From: Myxococcales bacterium
GTDB taxonomy: Bacteria; Myxococcota; Myxococcia; Myxococcales; UBA5297
Reading direction: 5' to 3'
DNA length: 64,000 nt
NCBI GenBank assembly: GCA_049841135.1
Contig: JASGHK010000008.1
Location: forward strand, 211,272 to 275,271
In this document: one piece after another, positions 22,065 through 31,027 of the stretch
Layout: every line of letters begins with the position of its first letter
Numbering within the stretch: position 1 is the stretch's first letter
Translations under genes and position numbers: made by a program
The notes under the pieces: model-generated
What the model saw: the letters and a program-made list of their open reading frames with translations, nothing else
What the model was told of the DNA's origin: nothing
Database searches by the model: none

Positions 22065-24662
22065 CTACCGGGGACTCGGTCCCGCCTTCTCCGCCAGCCA
22101 CCGCTCGATCCAGCCACGCCGGAAGGCATCCTCCGCTCCCTGCAACAGCGCGAGCGACTGGCGTGCGATCCCCAGCGCGGAGTTGCGGTCCTCGCCCGTC
22201 TCCCACAGGGCCATCGCCAGCGCCATGTCGCAGAAGACGCGCGGGTAGACGTCGGGGTGCCCAGAGGCGGTCTTCGCGGCCTCCTTCGCCAAGGGCAGCG
22301 CCTCCTTCGCCCGGCCCTGGCGGACCAGGACGCGCGCCTGTCCGGCGCGGATCTCCGCACGCAGCATCTCGTCGTCGCCGGTCAAGGCCGCGAGCGCCGC
22401 GGCGTAGGTCACCCCGGCCTCCTCCAGCCGGCCGAGGTCCTCGAGGGCCTCGCCTTCGACGAGCCCCAGCCAGGCGGCATACGCACCCGGCTCCTCGCCG
22501 ACGGACCGCAACAGCTTGCGCGCCTCGCCCACCGCCTGGAGCGCCTCGGACGAGCGCCCGAGGTTCGACTGCACGATGGCGAGGTTCCCCCAGGTCGCGG
22601 CGGCGTGGACCGGCTGCTTGAAGGGATCCCTCTCGTAGAGCTCGAGCGCCCGCCGGTACTCGGCTGCGGCGCGCGTCCGCTCGCCAGCCACTTCCAACGC
22701 TGCGGCGTAGTCGTTGAGGGCGTCCCCGAGCTGGTCGACCCCGTAGAGCTCGCCGGTCAGCTCCGCCATCTTCGCGCAGTGGGGGAGCGCCTCCTTCTTG
22801 AGCTGCGGCTCAACTCGAGCGGAGTAGGCGTTGCAGAACGCCAGCTCCACGTCGATGGCGAGCCGGCGCGGGCTGCCCGTCCGCTCCAGCCAGGCCTGGG
22901 CATCGAGCGCGGCCTCGGTCGCCTCCGCGCCACGGAACAGGTTGACCGCGAGCGCGGAGGCCAGCCGGGCGCGCGCGCTGAGGCTGGCCTCGTCGTCCCC
23001 GGAGCGGTCCGCGTCGCGGACGGCCTCGCGCAGGACCCGCACCGACTCCTCGACCTCGCCGCGGCTGCCGAGGGCCATCGAGCGCAGCTCCAGCAGCGCG
23101 GCCGCTTCGGCCCACGCGCCCTCGGCCTCGAACCGGGGCACCGTCTCGGCGGTGCGCTGTAGGACGTCGGCGTGCTGCCCCGACTCCAGCGCCAGCTGCA
23201 CCTCCACCACCAGCCGCTGCTGCTCGGTCCGCAAGTCAGAAGCGATCCGGCGAGGCCGGCGCGAGCGCTCCACGCACTCCGCCGGCGCGAGCAGCTGCAG
23301 CAGCAGCCGCCGCGTGACGCCCCCCAGGTCCGGCGACGGCCGCTCGAGCCGGCTCACGACCCCCTCCGCCCTCAGCTCCGAGCGGCCCAGGCAGCGCAGC
23401 TCCTCGGCGTTCTGGGCCCCGGCGCGCTGGGCCCGGCAGGCCTGCTCCTGGGCGACACCCCAGGCACGGGCATCGGCGTCGAGCGCCGCGAGCGTGGCCG
23501 CGAGCGCCTCCGGGGCCAGCCCTGCGGCCCTCAAGTTGGCGGAGACGCCTTCGCGGCGAGCGGGGCTCCAGCGCCGCTGCACGGCGGCTCGCGCCTCGCG
23601 GCCGCACAGCGTCTGCTGCCGGTAGAGCCAGGCGCCGGAAGCGCCGACCAGGCCCACGGCCAGGAACACCGAGACCGCCCGGGCCGCCGCGCGCCGGACC
23701 TTCGCGGCCGGGTCGCGGCGCAGCTCGCGCAAGAGATCGGCGAGCGACGGGAAGCGGTCCGCGGGCTGCCGGGAGAGGCCGCGCGCGAGCACCTGCCGCA
23801 GGTGGGCCGGGACCGCCTTGGGCAGCGCGGACAGGTCGGGGGCGCCCAAGAGCACGCTGGCCCGCAGCGACTCGAAGTCGTTGCCCGCGAAGGGCAGACG
23901 CCCGGCGAGCGCCTCGAACAGCGCCGCGCAGAGGCTGAACTGGTCGGTGCGGGCGTCGGTGGGGTTGCCCACGAACTGCTCGGGGGCCATGTACGCCGGC
24001 GTCCCCGCAACCGTGCCGCCGACGGTCACCTCCACCGAGGTCCTGGGCGCCACCGCGCGGGCGACCGAGCCCTCTCCCGCGTCGCGGGGCTCGACCCGGG
24101 CCAGCCCGAAGTCGGTGACGCGCACGCGCCCCAGGCGGTCCACCAGCACGTTCTGTGGCTTGAAGTCGCGGTGCACCAACCCGGCCGCGTGGGCCGCCGC
24201 CAACCCCTCTCCGGCGGTGGCGAAGGCGTCCACGATCTGCCGGACGCTGCGCTCGGAGGAAGCTAGCCACTGCGCCAGCGTCTGGCCGTCCACGAGCTCC
24301 ATGGCCAGGAAGACCTGCTCGCCGTAGAAGCCCGCGTCGTAGACCGTCACCGCGTTGGGGTGGTTCAGGCGGGCCATCGCCTGCGCCTCGCGCAACAGGC
24401 GCGCCCGGGCCACCTCCGCGCCCGCGGAGTCCACCTTGAGGAGCTTGAGCGCGACCTTGCGGTTGAGCTCGGGGTCGTAGGCGGCGTAGACCGCGCCCAT
24501 GCCGCCCTCGCCGACGAGCTCCAGCACCAGGTAGCGGCCCACGGCGGTGCCGCGGGCGAGCCCGGGGGCAGCGCTCGCGCGCTCGCCGGAGACGGCGGTG
24601 TCGGCGAGCGAGGTCCGCGCGGGGGCCGACGGGGGCGGGGCGAGTGGGTCCGGGGCGGCCAC
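22065..24662 (-). CDS. Ser/Thr protein kinase with one transmembrane helix and a C-terminal TPR array
   Basis: Hanks kinase motifs are present: GEGGMGAVYAAYD, VALKLL, HRDFKPQNVLVD, DFGLA and a PE-containing APE segment. A transmembrane segment VSVFLAVGLVGASGAWL is followed by about 450 aa of TPR-like helices. The GTG start lies 3 nt after the MCP stop, which suggests the two genes are co-transcribed. Confidence 0.85.
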   Translation of the reverse strand: MAAPDPLAPPPSAPARTSLADTAVSGERASAAPGLARGTAVGRYLVLELVGEGGMGAVYAAYDPELNRKVALKLLKVDSAGAEVARARLLREAQAMARLNHPNAVTVYDAGFYGEQVFLAMELVDGQTLAQWLASSERSVRQIVDAFATAGEGLAAAHAAGLVHRDFKPQNVLVDRLGRVRVTDFGLARVEPRDAGEGSVARAVAPRTSVEVTVGGTVAGTPAYMAPEQFVGNPTDARTDQFSLCAALFEALAGRLPFAGNDFESLRASVLLGAPDLSALPKAVPAHLRQVLARGLSRQPADRFPSLADLLRELRRDPAAKVRRAAARAVSVFLAVGLVGASGAWLYRQQTLCGREARAAVQRRWSPARREGVSANLRAAGLAPEALAATLAALDADARAWGVAQEQACRAQRAGAQNAEELRCLGRSELRAEGVVSRLERPSPDLGGVTRRLLLQLLAPAECVERSRRPRRIASDLRTEQQRLVVEVQLALESGQHADVLQRTAETVPRFEAEGAWAEAAALLELRSMALGSRGEVEESVRVLREAVRDADRSGDDEASLSARARLASALAVNLFRGAEATEAALDAQAWLERTGSPRRLAIDVELAFCNAYSARVEPQLKKEALPHCAKMAELTGELYGVDQLGDALNDYAAALEVAGERTRAAAEYRRALELYERDPFKQPVHAAATWGNLAIVQSNLGRSSEALQAVGEARKLLRSVGEEPGAYAAWLGLVEGEALEDLGRLEEAGVTYAAALAALTGDDEMLRAEIRAGQARVLVRQGRAKEALPLAKEAAKTASGHPDVYPRVFCDMALAMALWETGEDRNSALGIARQSLALLQGAEDAFRRGWIERWLAEKAGPSPR

Positions 24663-24665
24663 GCG

Positions 24666-26777
24666 CTACACCTTGAACCTGCGCACCTCGTCGCGCAGCA
24701 CCTCGGCCTGCTGCGCCAGGGTGTCGATGGCCCGCTCCAGCTCCTTCATCGACAGGTTCTGCTGGTCGGCGACGCCCTTGATGGACTCCACGGCGCGCAT
24801 CACCTGCTCGCTGCCCTTGGTCTGCTCCTTCTGGGCGTTGTTCAGGTGGGTGACCATCTCGTTGATGTTCTCGATGGAGTGCGTGATCTGCTTGCTGCCG
24901 CGCGCCTGCTCCTGGCTCGAGCGCTCGACGTGCTTGGTGATCGACTTCATCTTCTCCGCCGACTTCATGATCTGCTCGCTGCCCTTGGCGAGCTCGGCGG
25001 TGGACTTGGCGATCTGCTGCACGGTCTGGTCGATGCGGTTGATGGCGTTGGTCACCTGCTTGCTGCCGCGGGCCTGCTCCACCGTCGCCCGGGCGATGGC
25101 CTTGACCATCTGCGTGGCCTTGGCGGACGAGTCGCTGATCTTCTTGAGCGCCCCGCTGGTGTCGCCGCCCAGGCGCACGCCGTCGTCGACGGCCTTGACG
25201 CCGCGCTCCATGGCCTCGATGGCGTTCTTGGACTCGTCCTGGACGCCCTTGATCAGCGCGCTGATCTCCTTGGTCGAGGCGCCGGTGCGCTCGGCCAGGT
25301 CCTTGATCTCGTCGGCGACCACCGCGAAGCCCTTGCCGTGCTCGCCGGCCTGGGCGGCGATGATGGCGGCGTTGAGGGCCAAGAGGTTGGTCTGCTCGGC
25401 GACGTCGTCGATGACGTTGAGGATGTTGCCGATGGTGCCGATCTTCTTGCCCAGGCTCTCGATGACCTCCGCGGCCTGCTTGGAGGACTCCTTGATCTTG
25501 TCGATGCCGACCAGCGTCTTCTGCAGCGTGAGCACGCCGAAGTTGGCGTCCTCGCTCACCGTCTCCGAGAGCCGCGCGGTCTCGTTGGCGTTGGTCTCCA
25601 CCTGGCCGATGGAGACGTCCATCTCGTTCATCGACGAGCTGGTCTCGCCGGAGGAGGAGGACAGCTCCTCGATGTTGGCGGCGACCTCGCGGATGGAGAA
25701 GGTCATCTGCCCGATGGCGGCGGTGGTCTCCTCGACGCTGGCGGACAGGCCCTGGATGTTCTCGGCCACCTCGTTGTTGGTGGCGGCCATCTCCATGATC
25801 GAGGTGCTGCTCTCCTCGGCGCTGCCGGCCAGGACCTCCACGTTCTCGGCGATGGACTTGAGGCTGGCGATCATCTCCTCCATCGAGCTGGAGGTCTCGT
25901 CGACGCTCTGGGCGGTGGTCGCCGCGCCCTTGGCCACCACGTCGCCGGTGTGGCTGATCTTCTCGATGACCGTGGCCACCGACTCGCTGACGCCCTTCAC
26001 GCGCGAGAGCGTGGTCCGCAGGTTCTCGCCGGTGCGGTTGAGCGCGTCGGAGAGCTGGCCGAACTCGACCCCGCCGATGCCCTTGACCTGCTCGGTCAGG
26101 TCGCAGTCGCTGATCTTCTTCGCCACGCCCATCATCGACTCCAGCGGCGCGGTGATGAACTGCCGGCTGATGAAGGCCAGCACCACGAAGAACACGATCA
26201 CGCCGACCACGAAGACGACGACCATGGTGGACAGCACGCTGCCCAGCACCGCCGTCACCTGCCGGTCGGAGAGCAGCACCACCGCGTAGCCCACCACCCG
26301 CTCGTCGCTGGCGCCCAGCTGGTCGATGCGCCGCTCGCGGGCGGCTTGCGCATAGAGGATGTGGCCGGTGCCCAGGTCGGCCGGCTCGTCGGTGCGCTCG
26401 AAGGTGCGGCCGCGCTTGCGCGACTCGTCCACCAGCGCCCGCAGCCGGGCCAGCGCCGCCTCCGACAGCGCCGGGTCCACGCCGCTGGTGGCGGTGATGC
26501 TGAAGTCCGACTTGACCAGGATGACGTGCCCCTCGCTCGAGGAGAGCTGCACCGAGCGCATCGCCTCGGCGCCCTGCAGCTCGCTCTGGAAGGGCAGCGC
26601 GCTGCGCTCGGCCAGCGAGCGGGCGAGGTCGGCGCCGCGGGCGTTGAGGCTGGCGCGCAGCGAGTCCTTGACCCGGCTGGTGACGAACCAGGCGGTGGTG
26701 ATGAGCAGCACCGCCAGCAGCAGGCTGAACGAGCCGAAGATGATGTTGCGCAGCTTGGCGCGGTGCAGCCAGCTCAT
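24666..26777 (-). CDS. Methyl-accepting chemotaxis protein with HAMP and MCP signalling domains
   Basis: Two transmembrane helices flank a periplasmic region. A HAMP domain precedes the highly conserved MCP signalling hairpin (…[33 protein letters not shown]…) and heptad methylation helices. A GGAAGAGG ribosome-binding site precedes ATG 26777. Confidence 0.85.
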   Translation of the reverse strand: MSWLHRAKLRNIIFGSFSLLLAVLLITTAWFVTSRVKDSLRASLNARGADLARSLAERSALPFQSELQGAEAMRSVQLSSSEGHVILVKSDFSITATSGVDPALSEAALARLRALVDESRKRGRTFERTDEPADLGTGHILYAQAARERRIDQLGASDERVVGYAVVLLSDRQVTAVLGSVLSTMVVVFVVGVIVFFVVLAFISRQFITAPLESMMGVAKKISDCDLTEQVKGIGGVEFGQLSDALNRTGENLRTTLSRVKGVSESVATVIEKISHTGDVVAKGAATTAQSVDETSSSMEEMIASLKSIAENVEVLAGSAEESSTSIMEMAATNNEVAENIQGLSASVEETTAAIGQMTFSIREVAANIEELSSSSGETSSSMNEMDVSIGQVETNANETARLSETVSEDANFGVLTLQKTLVGIDKIKESSKQAAEVIESLGKKIGTIGNILNVIDDVAEQTNLLALNAAIIAAQAGEHGKGFAVVADEIKDLAERTGASTKEISALIKGVQDESKNAIEAMERGVKAVDDGVRLGGDTSGALKKISDSSAKATQMVKAIARATVEQARGSKQVTNAINRIDQTVQQIAKSTAELAKGSEQIMKSAEKMKSITKHVERSSQEQARGSKQITHSIENINEMVTHLNNAQKEQTKGSEQVMRAVESIKGVADQQNLSMKELERAIDTLAQQAEVLRDEVRRFKV

Positions 26778-26838
26778 GTGGACCTCTTCCCGGCGCGACG
26801 AGTCTAAGGGAGGCGATGGGCGCCGGAAGCGCGCCATC

Positions 26839-27762
26839 CTACTGCACCTGGACCGCTTCTTTGAGCGCCTCCTGCGGCAGGCTGACGCCCAGCGCCCGCG
26901 CCGTGCCCAGGTTGACGACCAGCTTGAAGCGCGGCTGCGCGGCCGAGAGCTCGCCGGGCTTCTTGCCCTCCGACAGCGCGCGCGCCAGCCGCGCCGCCTC
27001 GATGCCCACCGCCTCGAAGTCCGGCGAGAGAGACAGCAGCGCGCCGCGGCGCACGAACTCGTCGCTGAAGGCCACCAGCGGCACGCGCTTGGCCATGGCC
27101 GACTCCAGCATCAGCCGGAAGGTGTCGGCGGTGACCACGGTGGGGTCGGCCAGCAACCAGAGCGCCTGCGCCCGGGGCAGCACCTCGCGCAGCGCCTCGG
27201 GGAAGGCCGCCGCCGAGCTCGCCGGCGCGGCGACGAGGGAGAGCGAGAGCGCCTCGGCCGCAGCCTGGGCCTCCTTGACCTCGGCGCTCGACCGCGCCGG
27301 GTTGTAGACCAGGCCCACGGTCTTGGCCGCGGGCAGCAGCCGCTTGAGCTCGGCGAGCTGGACCTTGGCGGGGATCTCCAGGGGGACGCCGACCAGGTTG
27401 GGCCCGCCGACGCCGTTGGCCTTGGCATCCAGGACCATGCAGTAGACGACCGGCACCCCCGCGAGCTCCTGCGCCGCCTTGGCCGCGCGCGCGCCCACCG
27501 CCACCACCAGCTGCGGGCGCTCGGCCTGGACCCGCGCGAGCGCGTCCTCCTCGAACTCCATCACGTGCGTCGCCACCGGACCGTCCCAGGCGCGCTTGAA
27601 CGCCGCCAGGGCCTGCTGGTACGGGGCGGCGCTCTGGGCGACGAGGGCGCTCACGCGCGGCGGAGCAGCCCGGGCCGGCAGCGGCCAAGCCAGGGCGGCC
27701 GCGGCGAGGAGCGCGGCGGCGGCGAGTCTCGAAGCAGCCCCCCCGGAGATGCGTGGGCGCAT
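26839..27762 (-). CDS. Periplasmic substrate-binding protein of the uncharacterised ABC-type transport/sensor family (PF04392-like)
   Basis: ATG 27762 follows a GGGAGAG ribosome-binding site. The signal peptide is [32 protein letters not shown]. The architecture …[25 protein letters not shown]…GLVYNP…[19 protein letters not shown]… is typical of this family. The six-frame ORF 26839..30849 is an artefactual fusion. Confidence 0.7.
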   Translation of the reverse strand: MRPRISGGAASRLAAAALLAAAALAWPLPARAAPPRVSALVAQSAAPYQQALAAFKRAWDGPVATHVMEFEEDALARVQAERPQLVVAVGARAAKAAQELAGVPVVYCMVLDAKANGVGGPNLVGVPLEIPAKVQLAELKRLLPAAKTVGLVYNPARSSAEVKEAQAAAEALSLSLVAAPASSAAAFPEALREVLPRAQALWLLADPTVVTADTFRLMLESAMAKRVPLVAFSDEFVRRGALLSLSPDFEAVGIEAARLARALSEGKKPGELSAAQPRFKLVVNLGTARALGVSLPQEALKEAVQVQ

Positions 27763-27899
27763 CGGAGGCTCTCCCAGGTGCACGGGCGAAGTGCGGATCT
27801 TCATAGCTGCCCGCGCTCCCGAAGTCGATAGCCGCCCGCCCCACCCGAATAGGAGAGCGCCCGCACGGCCGGCTGGCCATGCGGGCGCCCTGGAGTGGG

Positions 27900-30797
27900 C
27901 TACTGGCAGTAACCCGAGTTCATGCCGCCGGTGGTGCAGGTGCCGCTGGCGCAGTAGTTGCCCAGGCAGCAGCGCTGGGTCGTCGCGCCGCAGCTCTGGC
28001 ACTGGTTCTGGGCGCAGATGAAGCCGGTGCCGCACCAGGCACCGCCGGTGCCGGGGCAGCAGGCCTGTCCGGAGCCGCCGCAGGCGACGCACACCTGGTT
28101 GAAGTTCGAGGTCGTGTAGGCCTCGGTGCAGCCGTTGATGGGGCAACGGTCCTCGCCCAGGCCGCCGCAGGGATCGCCCTGGCTCTCGCAGCTGCCCTGG
28201 ACGCAGGCCCCCTCGCCGCCGGTGCAGGCCGCGCCGCTGGCGAGGCAGAGGCCGTCGCGGTCGCAGCACCCGCCCCCTTCGCAGGCGATGCCGTCGCAGC
28301 AGGGCTGCCCGGCTCCGCCGCAGGCCTGGCAACGGTCGCCGTTGTTGGCCGCCGGCGCGCAGACCGTGCCCGCCGCGGTGCAGAAGTCGCTGCCGCGCTG
28401 GCTGACGCAGCAGGCCTGGCCGAGCCCGCCGCAGGTGGTGTTGCCGGAGGTGCACCCCGTGGCGCCGCAGGTGCCGAAGGCGCCGGTGCAGGCGGCCCCC
28501 GAGGCCACGCAGACCGAGCCCGAGCAGCAGCTGGTGCCGCCGCAGGTGGCGTCCGGGCAGCAGGCCTTGCCGTCGGAGCCGCACTCGACGAACTGGCCGC
28601 TGGAGCAGATGAGCCCGGAGGCCGAGCCCGAGGCCCCGTCGGGGACGCAGGTGTTGCTGGCGGTGTCGACGCAACCGCCGCCCACGCAGGTCGGCGGGGT
28701 GCCCGGGCAGGGCGCCTGGAAGGGCCCGCCGCAGGACTCGCACGCGCCGCTGGCGCCGCACACCGCGCCGGTGCCGCAGGCCGCGCCGGGGGCGACACAG
28801 GCGCCGCCGGTGCAGCAGCCGCCGGTGCAGCTGTTGCCGGCGCAGCAGGCGTTGCCCACGACGCCGCAGGTCTTGCAGGTGCCGCCCTGGCAGGTGGTGC
28901 CCGCCGCGGTGCAGGTGCTGAGCAGGCAGCAGGGACCGTCCAGGCCGCCGCAGGTCCCGCAGGCGCCGTCGGTGCAGGTGGCGCCGCCGGTGCAGGTGCC
29001 GCCGGGGGCGATGCAGGTGCCATTGGTGACGGCGGTGGCTCCGACGCAGCAGCCGCCGGTCTCGCAGCCGTTGTTGGCGCAGCAGGCGCTGCCCGCCGTG
29101 CCGCAGGCCGCGCAGGTCCCCAGGGCGTTGCAGATCGCCCCGGTGTTGCAGGCCCGGCCGGAACAGCAGGGGCTGCCGGCGGCGCCGCAGGAGACGCAGG
29201 TGTTGTTGTTGCAGACGTTGCCCGTGCCGCAGGCGCCGCCCGCGCAGCAGGGCCCGCCCGCCGTTCCGCAGGCCGTGCAGGTGCCCCCGCTGCAGACGTT
29301 GCCGGCCGAGCAGGCGCCGCCCGCGCAGCAGGGCTGGGTGGCGCCGCCGCAGGCCTCGCAGGTGCCGTTGACGCAGCGGCCGCCGGCGGCGCAGGCGTTG
29401 TTGGCGCAGCAGCCCTCGCCGACCGCACCGCAGTGCGTGCAGGTGTTGAGGGCGGTGCAGGTGGAGCTGGCGGCGCAGGTGCGGCCGACCGCCACGCAGG
29501 TCTTGTTGGCGGGGTCGGTGGTGTTGCAGCAGCCGGTGTTGCAGGCGTCGCCGGCGCAGCAGGGCTGGCCGGGGCCGCCGCAGCCGGCGCAGGCGCCTCC
29601 CGCCAGGCAGAGATCGCCGTCGGAGCAGGCCGAGCCGACGTTGATGCAGCGGCCGTTGCCGTTCACGTCGCAGCAGCCGGCGGTGCAGGCGTCGCCCGGG
29701 CAGCAGACCTCGCCCGCGCCGCCGCAGTTCTGGCAGGTGCCGTTGCGGCAGGAGGTGCCGGCGGCGGTGCAGGTGTTGTTCGCGCAGCAGGCCGAGCCGG
29801 CCGTGCCGCAGGTGGCGCAGGTGCCCAGGGTGCACAGCGTGCTCGGGGCGGTGCAGACGGTGGGCGGCATCCCGCAGCAGGTCTCGCCCGTGCCGCCGCA
29901 GGTGCCGCAGGCACCGGCGGCGCAGGTGCCGCCGCTGGGGCAGGCGGAGCCGGAGGCGACGCAGGTGCCGCTGTAGCAGCAGCCGCCGGTCTCGCAGGTG
30001 TTGGCCGCGCAGCAGGCCTCGCCCGCGCCGCCGCAGTTGGCGCAGGTGCCGTTGCGGCAGACGAGGTCGGCCCCGGTGCAGGTGTTGCCGGCGCAGCAGG
30101 CGTCGCCGACCGAGCCGCAGACGACGCACAGGCCGGCGCGGCAGGTGGCGCCGGCGGCGGTGCAGGTGTTGCCCTCGCAGCAGGGCTCGCCGCCCGCGCC
30201 GCAGGCGGCGCACTGGCCGGTCGAGCCGCAGACGAGGCCCGTGCCGCACTCCTGCGCGCCGCCGGTGCAGCAGGCCTGGCCGGCGCCGCCGCAGGGCGGG
30301 GCCGCGCAGGTCCCGGCGGTGCAGACCTGGCCGCCGCCGCAGCTCTGGCCCTCGGCGAGGCAGGAGCCGCCCGAGCAGCAGGCGTTCCCGGTGCAGGTGT
30401 TGCCGCCGCAGCAGGTCTGGCCAGGCGCGCCGCAGGGGACGCACTGGCCGCTCGCGTTGCACAGGCCGCCGCCGGTGCAGACGTTGCCCGGACAGCAGAA
30501 CTGGCCGTTGGCGCCGCACTCGCCGGCGTCGTAGTCGATGGAGGCGTCGGGCGGGACGATCGGGTCGGCGTCCGGGAGGTCGACGACGGTCGCGTCGGGC
30601 GTCTCGACCACGCCGGTGTCGCCGGCCACCACGATCGCGGCGTCGCCCGGCAGCGTTCCGGTGTCGCCGGCCGTGACGATGCCGGTGTCGGAGGTGCTGC
30701 CCCCGCCGTCGGCGACGTAGGGCGCCACGGGCTCGGCGCAGCCAGCAGCCATCACCAGCGCGAGACAGGCTCGCGCCAGAAGCTTTCGCGTCTCCAT
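27900..30797 (-). CDS. Giant Cys/Gly-rich tandem-repeat lipoprotein of 965 aa with about 30 CGxxGQxCCxGNxC-type modules
   Basis: A GGGAGG ribosome-binding site lies upstream and the signal and lipobox are METRKLLARACLALVMAAGC. An acidic PDA/TG-rich linker precedes about 750 aa of roughly 25-aa modules such as CGAPGQTCCGGNTCTGNACCSGGSC and CGGAGEVCCPGDACTAGCC. The last module is ...CQSCGATTQRCCLGNYCASGTCTTGGMNSGYCQ. Confidence 0.8.
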   Translation of the reverse strand: METRKLLARACLALVMAAGCAEPVAPYVADGGGSTSDTGIVTAGDTGTLPGDAAIVVAGDTGVVETPDATVVDLPDADPIVPPDASIDYDAGECGANGQFCCPGNVCTGGGLCNASGQCVPCGAPGQTCCGGNTCTGNACCSGGSCLAEGQSCGGGQVCTAGTCAAPPCGGAGQACCTGGAQECGTGLVCGSTGQCAACGAGGEPCCEGNTCTAAGATCRAGLCVVCGSVGDACCAGNTCTGADLVCRNGTCANCGGAGEACCAANTCETGGCCYSGTCVASGSACPSGGTCAAGACGTCGGTGETCCGMPPTVCTAPSTLCTLGTCATCGTAGSACCANNTCTAAGTSCRNGTCQNCGGAGEVCCPGDACTAGCCDVNGNGRCINVGSACSDGDLCLAGGACAGCGGPGQPCCAGDACNTGCCNTTDPANKTCVAVGRTCAASSTCTALNTCTHCGAVGEGCCANNACAAGGRCVNGTCEACGGATQPCCAGGACSAGNVCSGGTCTACGTAGGPCCAGGACGTGNVCNNNTCVSCGAAGSPCCSGRACNTGAICNALGTCAACGTAGSACCANNGCETGGCCVGATAVTNGTCIAPGGTCTGGATCTDGACGTCGGLDGPCCLLSTCTAAGTTCQGGTCKTCGVVGNACCAGNSCTGGCCTGGACVAPGAACGTGAVCGASGACESCGGPFQAPCPGTPPTCVGGGCVDTASNTCVPDGASGSASGLICSSGQFVECGSDGKACCPDATCGGTSCCSGSVCVASGAACTGAFGTCGATGCTSGNTTCGGLGQACCVSQRGSDFCTAAGTVCAPAANNGDRCQACGGAGQPCCDGIACEGGGCCDRDGLCLASGAACTGGEGACVQGSCESQGDPCGGLGEDRCPINGCTEAYTTSNFNQVCVACGGSGQACCPGTGGAWCGTGFICAQNQCQSCGATTQRCCLGNYCASGTCTTGGMNSGYCQ

Positions 30798-30897
30798 TTT
30801 TCGGACCTCCCGAGGCTTGGTTCCTCGCTGCTCCGGGCCGGCAGTCCACGGAGCGGACGAAGGCGAGGATACCCCCGGGGCCGTCCCCGGCCTAACA

Positions 30898-31027
30898 AGG
30901 GCTTCGGGCTGCGGGCTTCGGGCTTCGGGTCAAGCCGCGGGTAGAGGTTCTCGAGGGCGTTGCCCGCGTTGTCCCCGGTCAGCTCGCCCGAAGTCCCGAA
31001 GTCCCGAAGTCCCGAAGCCCGAAGCCC
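30898..31027. repeat. REP-like palindromic intergenic repeat (GGCTTCGGG family) between the Cys-rich lipoprotein and the MVP-like gene
   Basis: The sequence reads gcttcgggctgcgggcttcgggcttcgggtcaagccgcggg ... cccgaagtcccgaagtcccgaagtcccgaagcccgaagccc. The two arms are inverted complements that could form a long hairpin. It shares the core with 11064..11150 and 63509..63681. Confidence 0.55.

Noticed and set aside
26839-30849. A single 1336-aa ORF fusing the SBP gene with upstream sequence
   Set aside because: The upstream 1000 codons are an Arg-rich nonsense translation of the alternate frame of the Cys-repeat lipoprotein (27900..30797). The SBP has its own ribosome-binding site and signal peptide at 27762.
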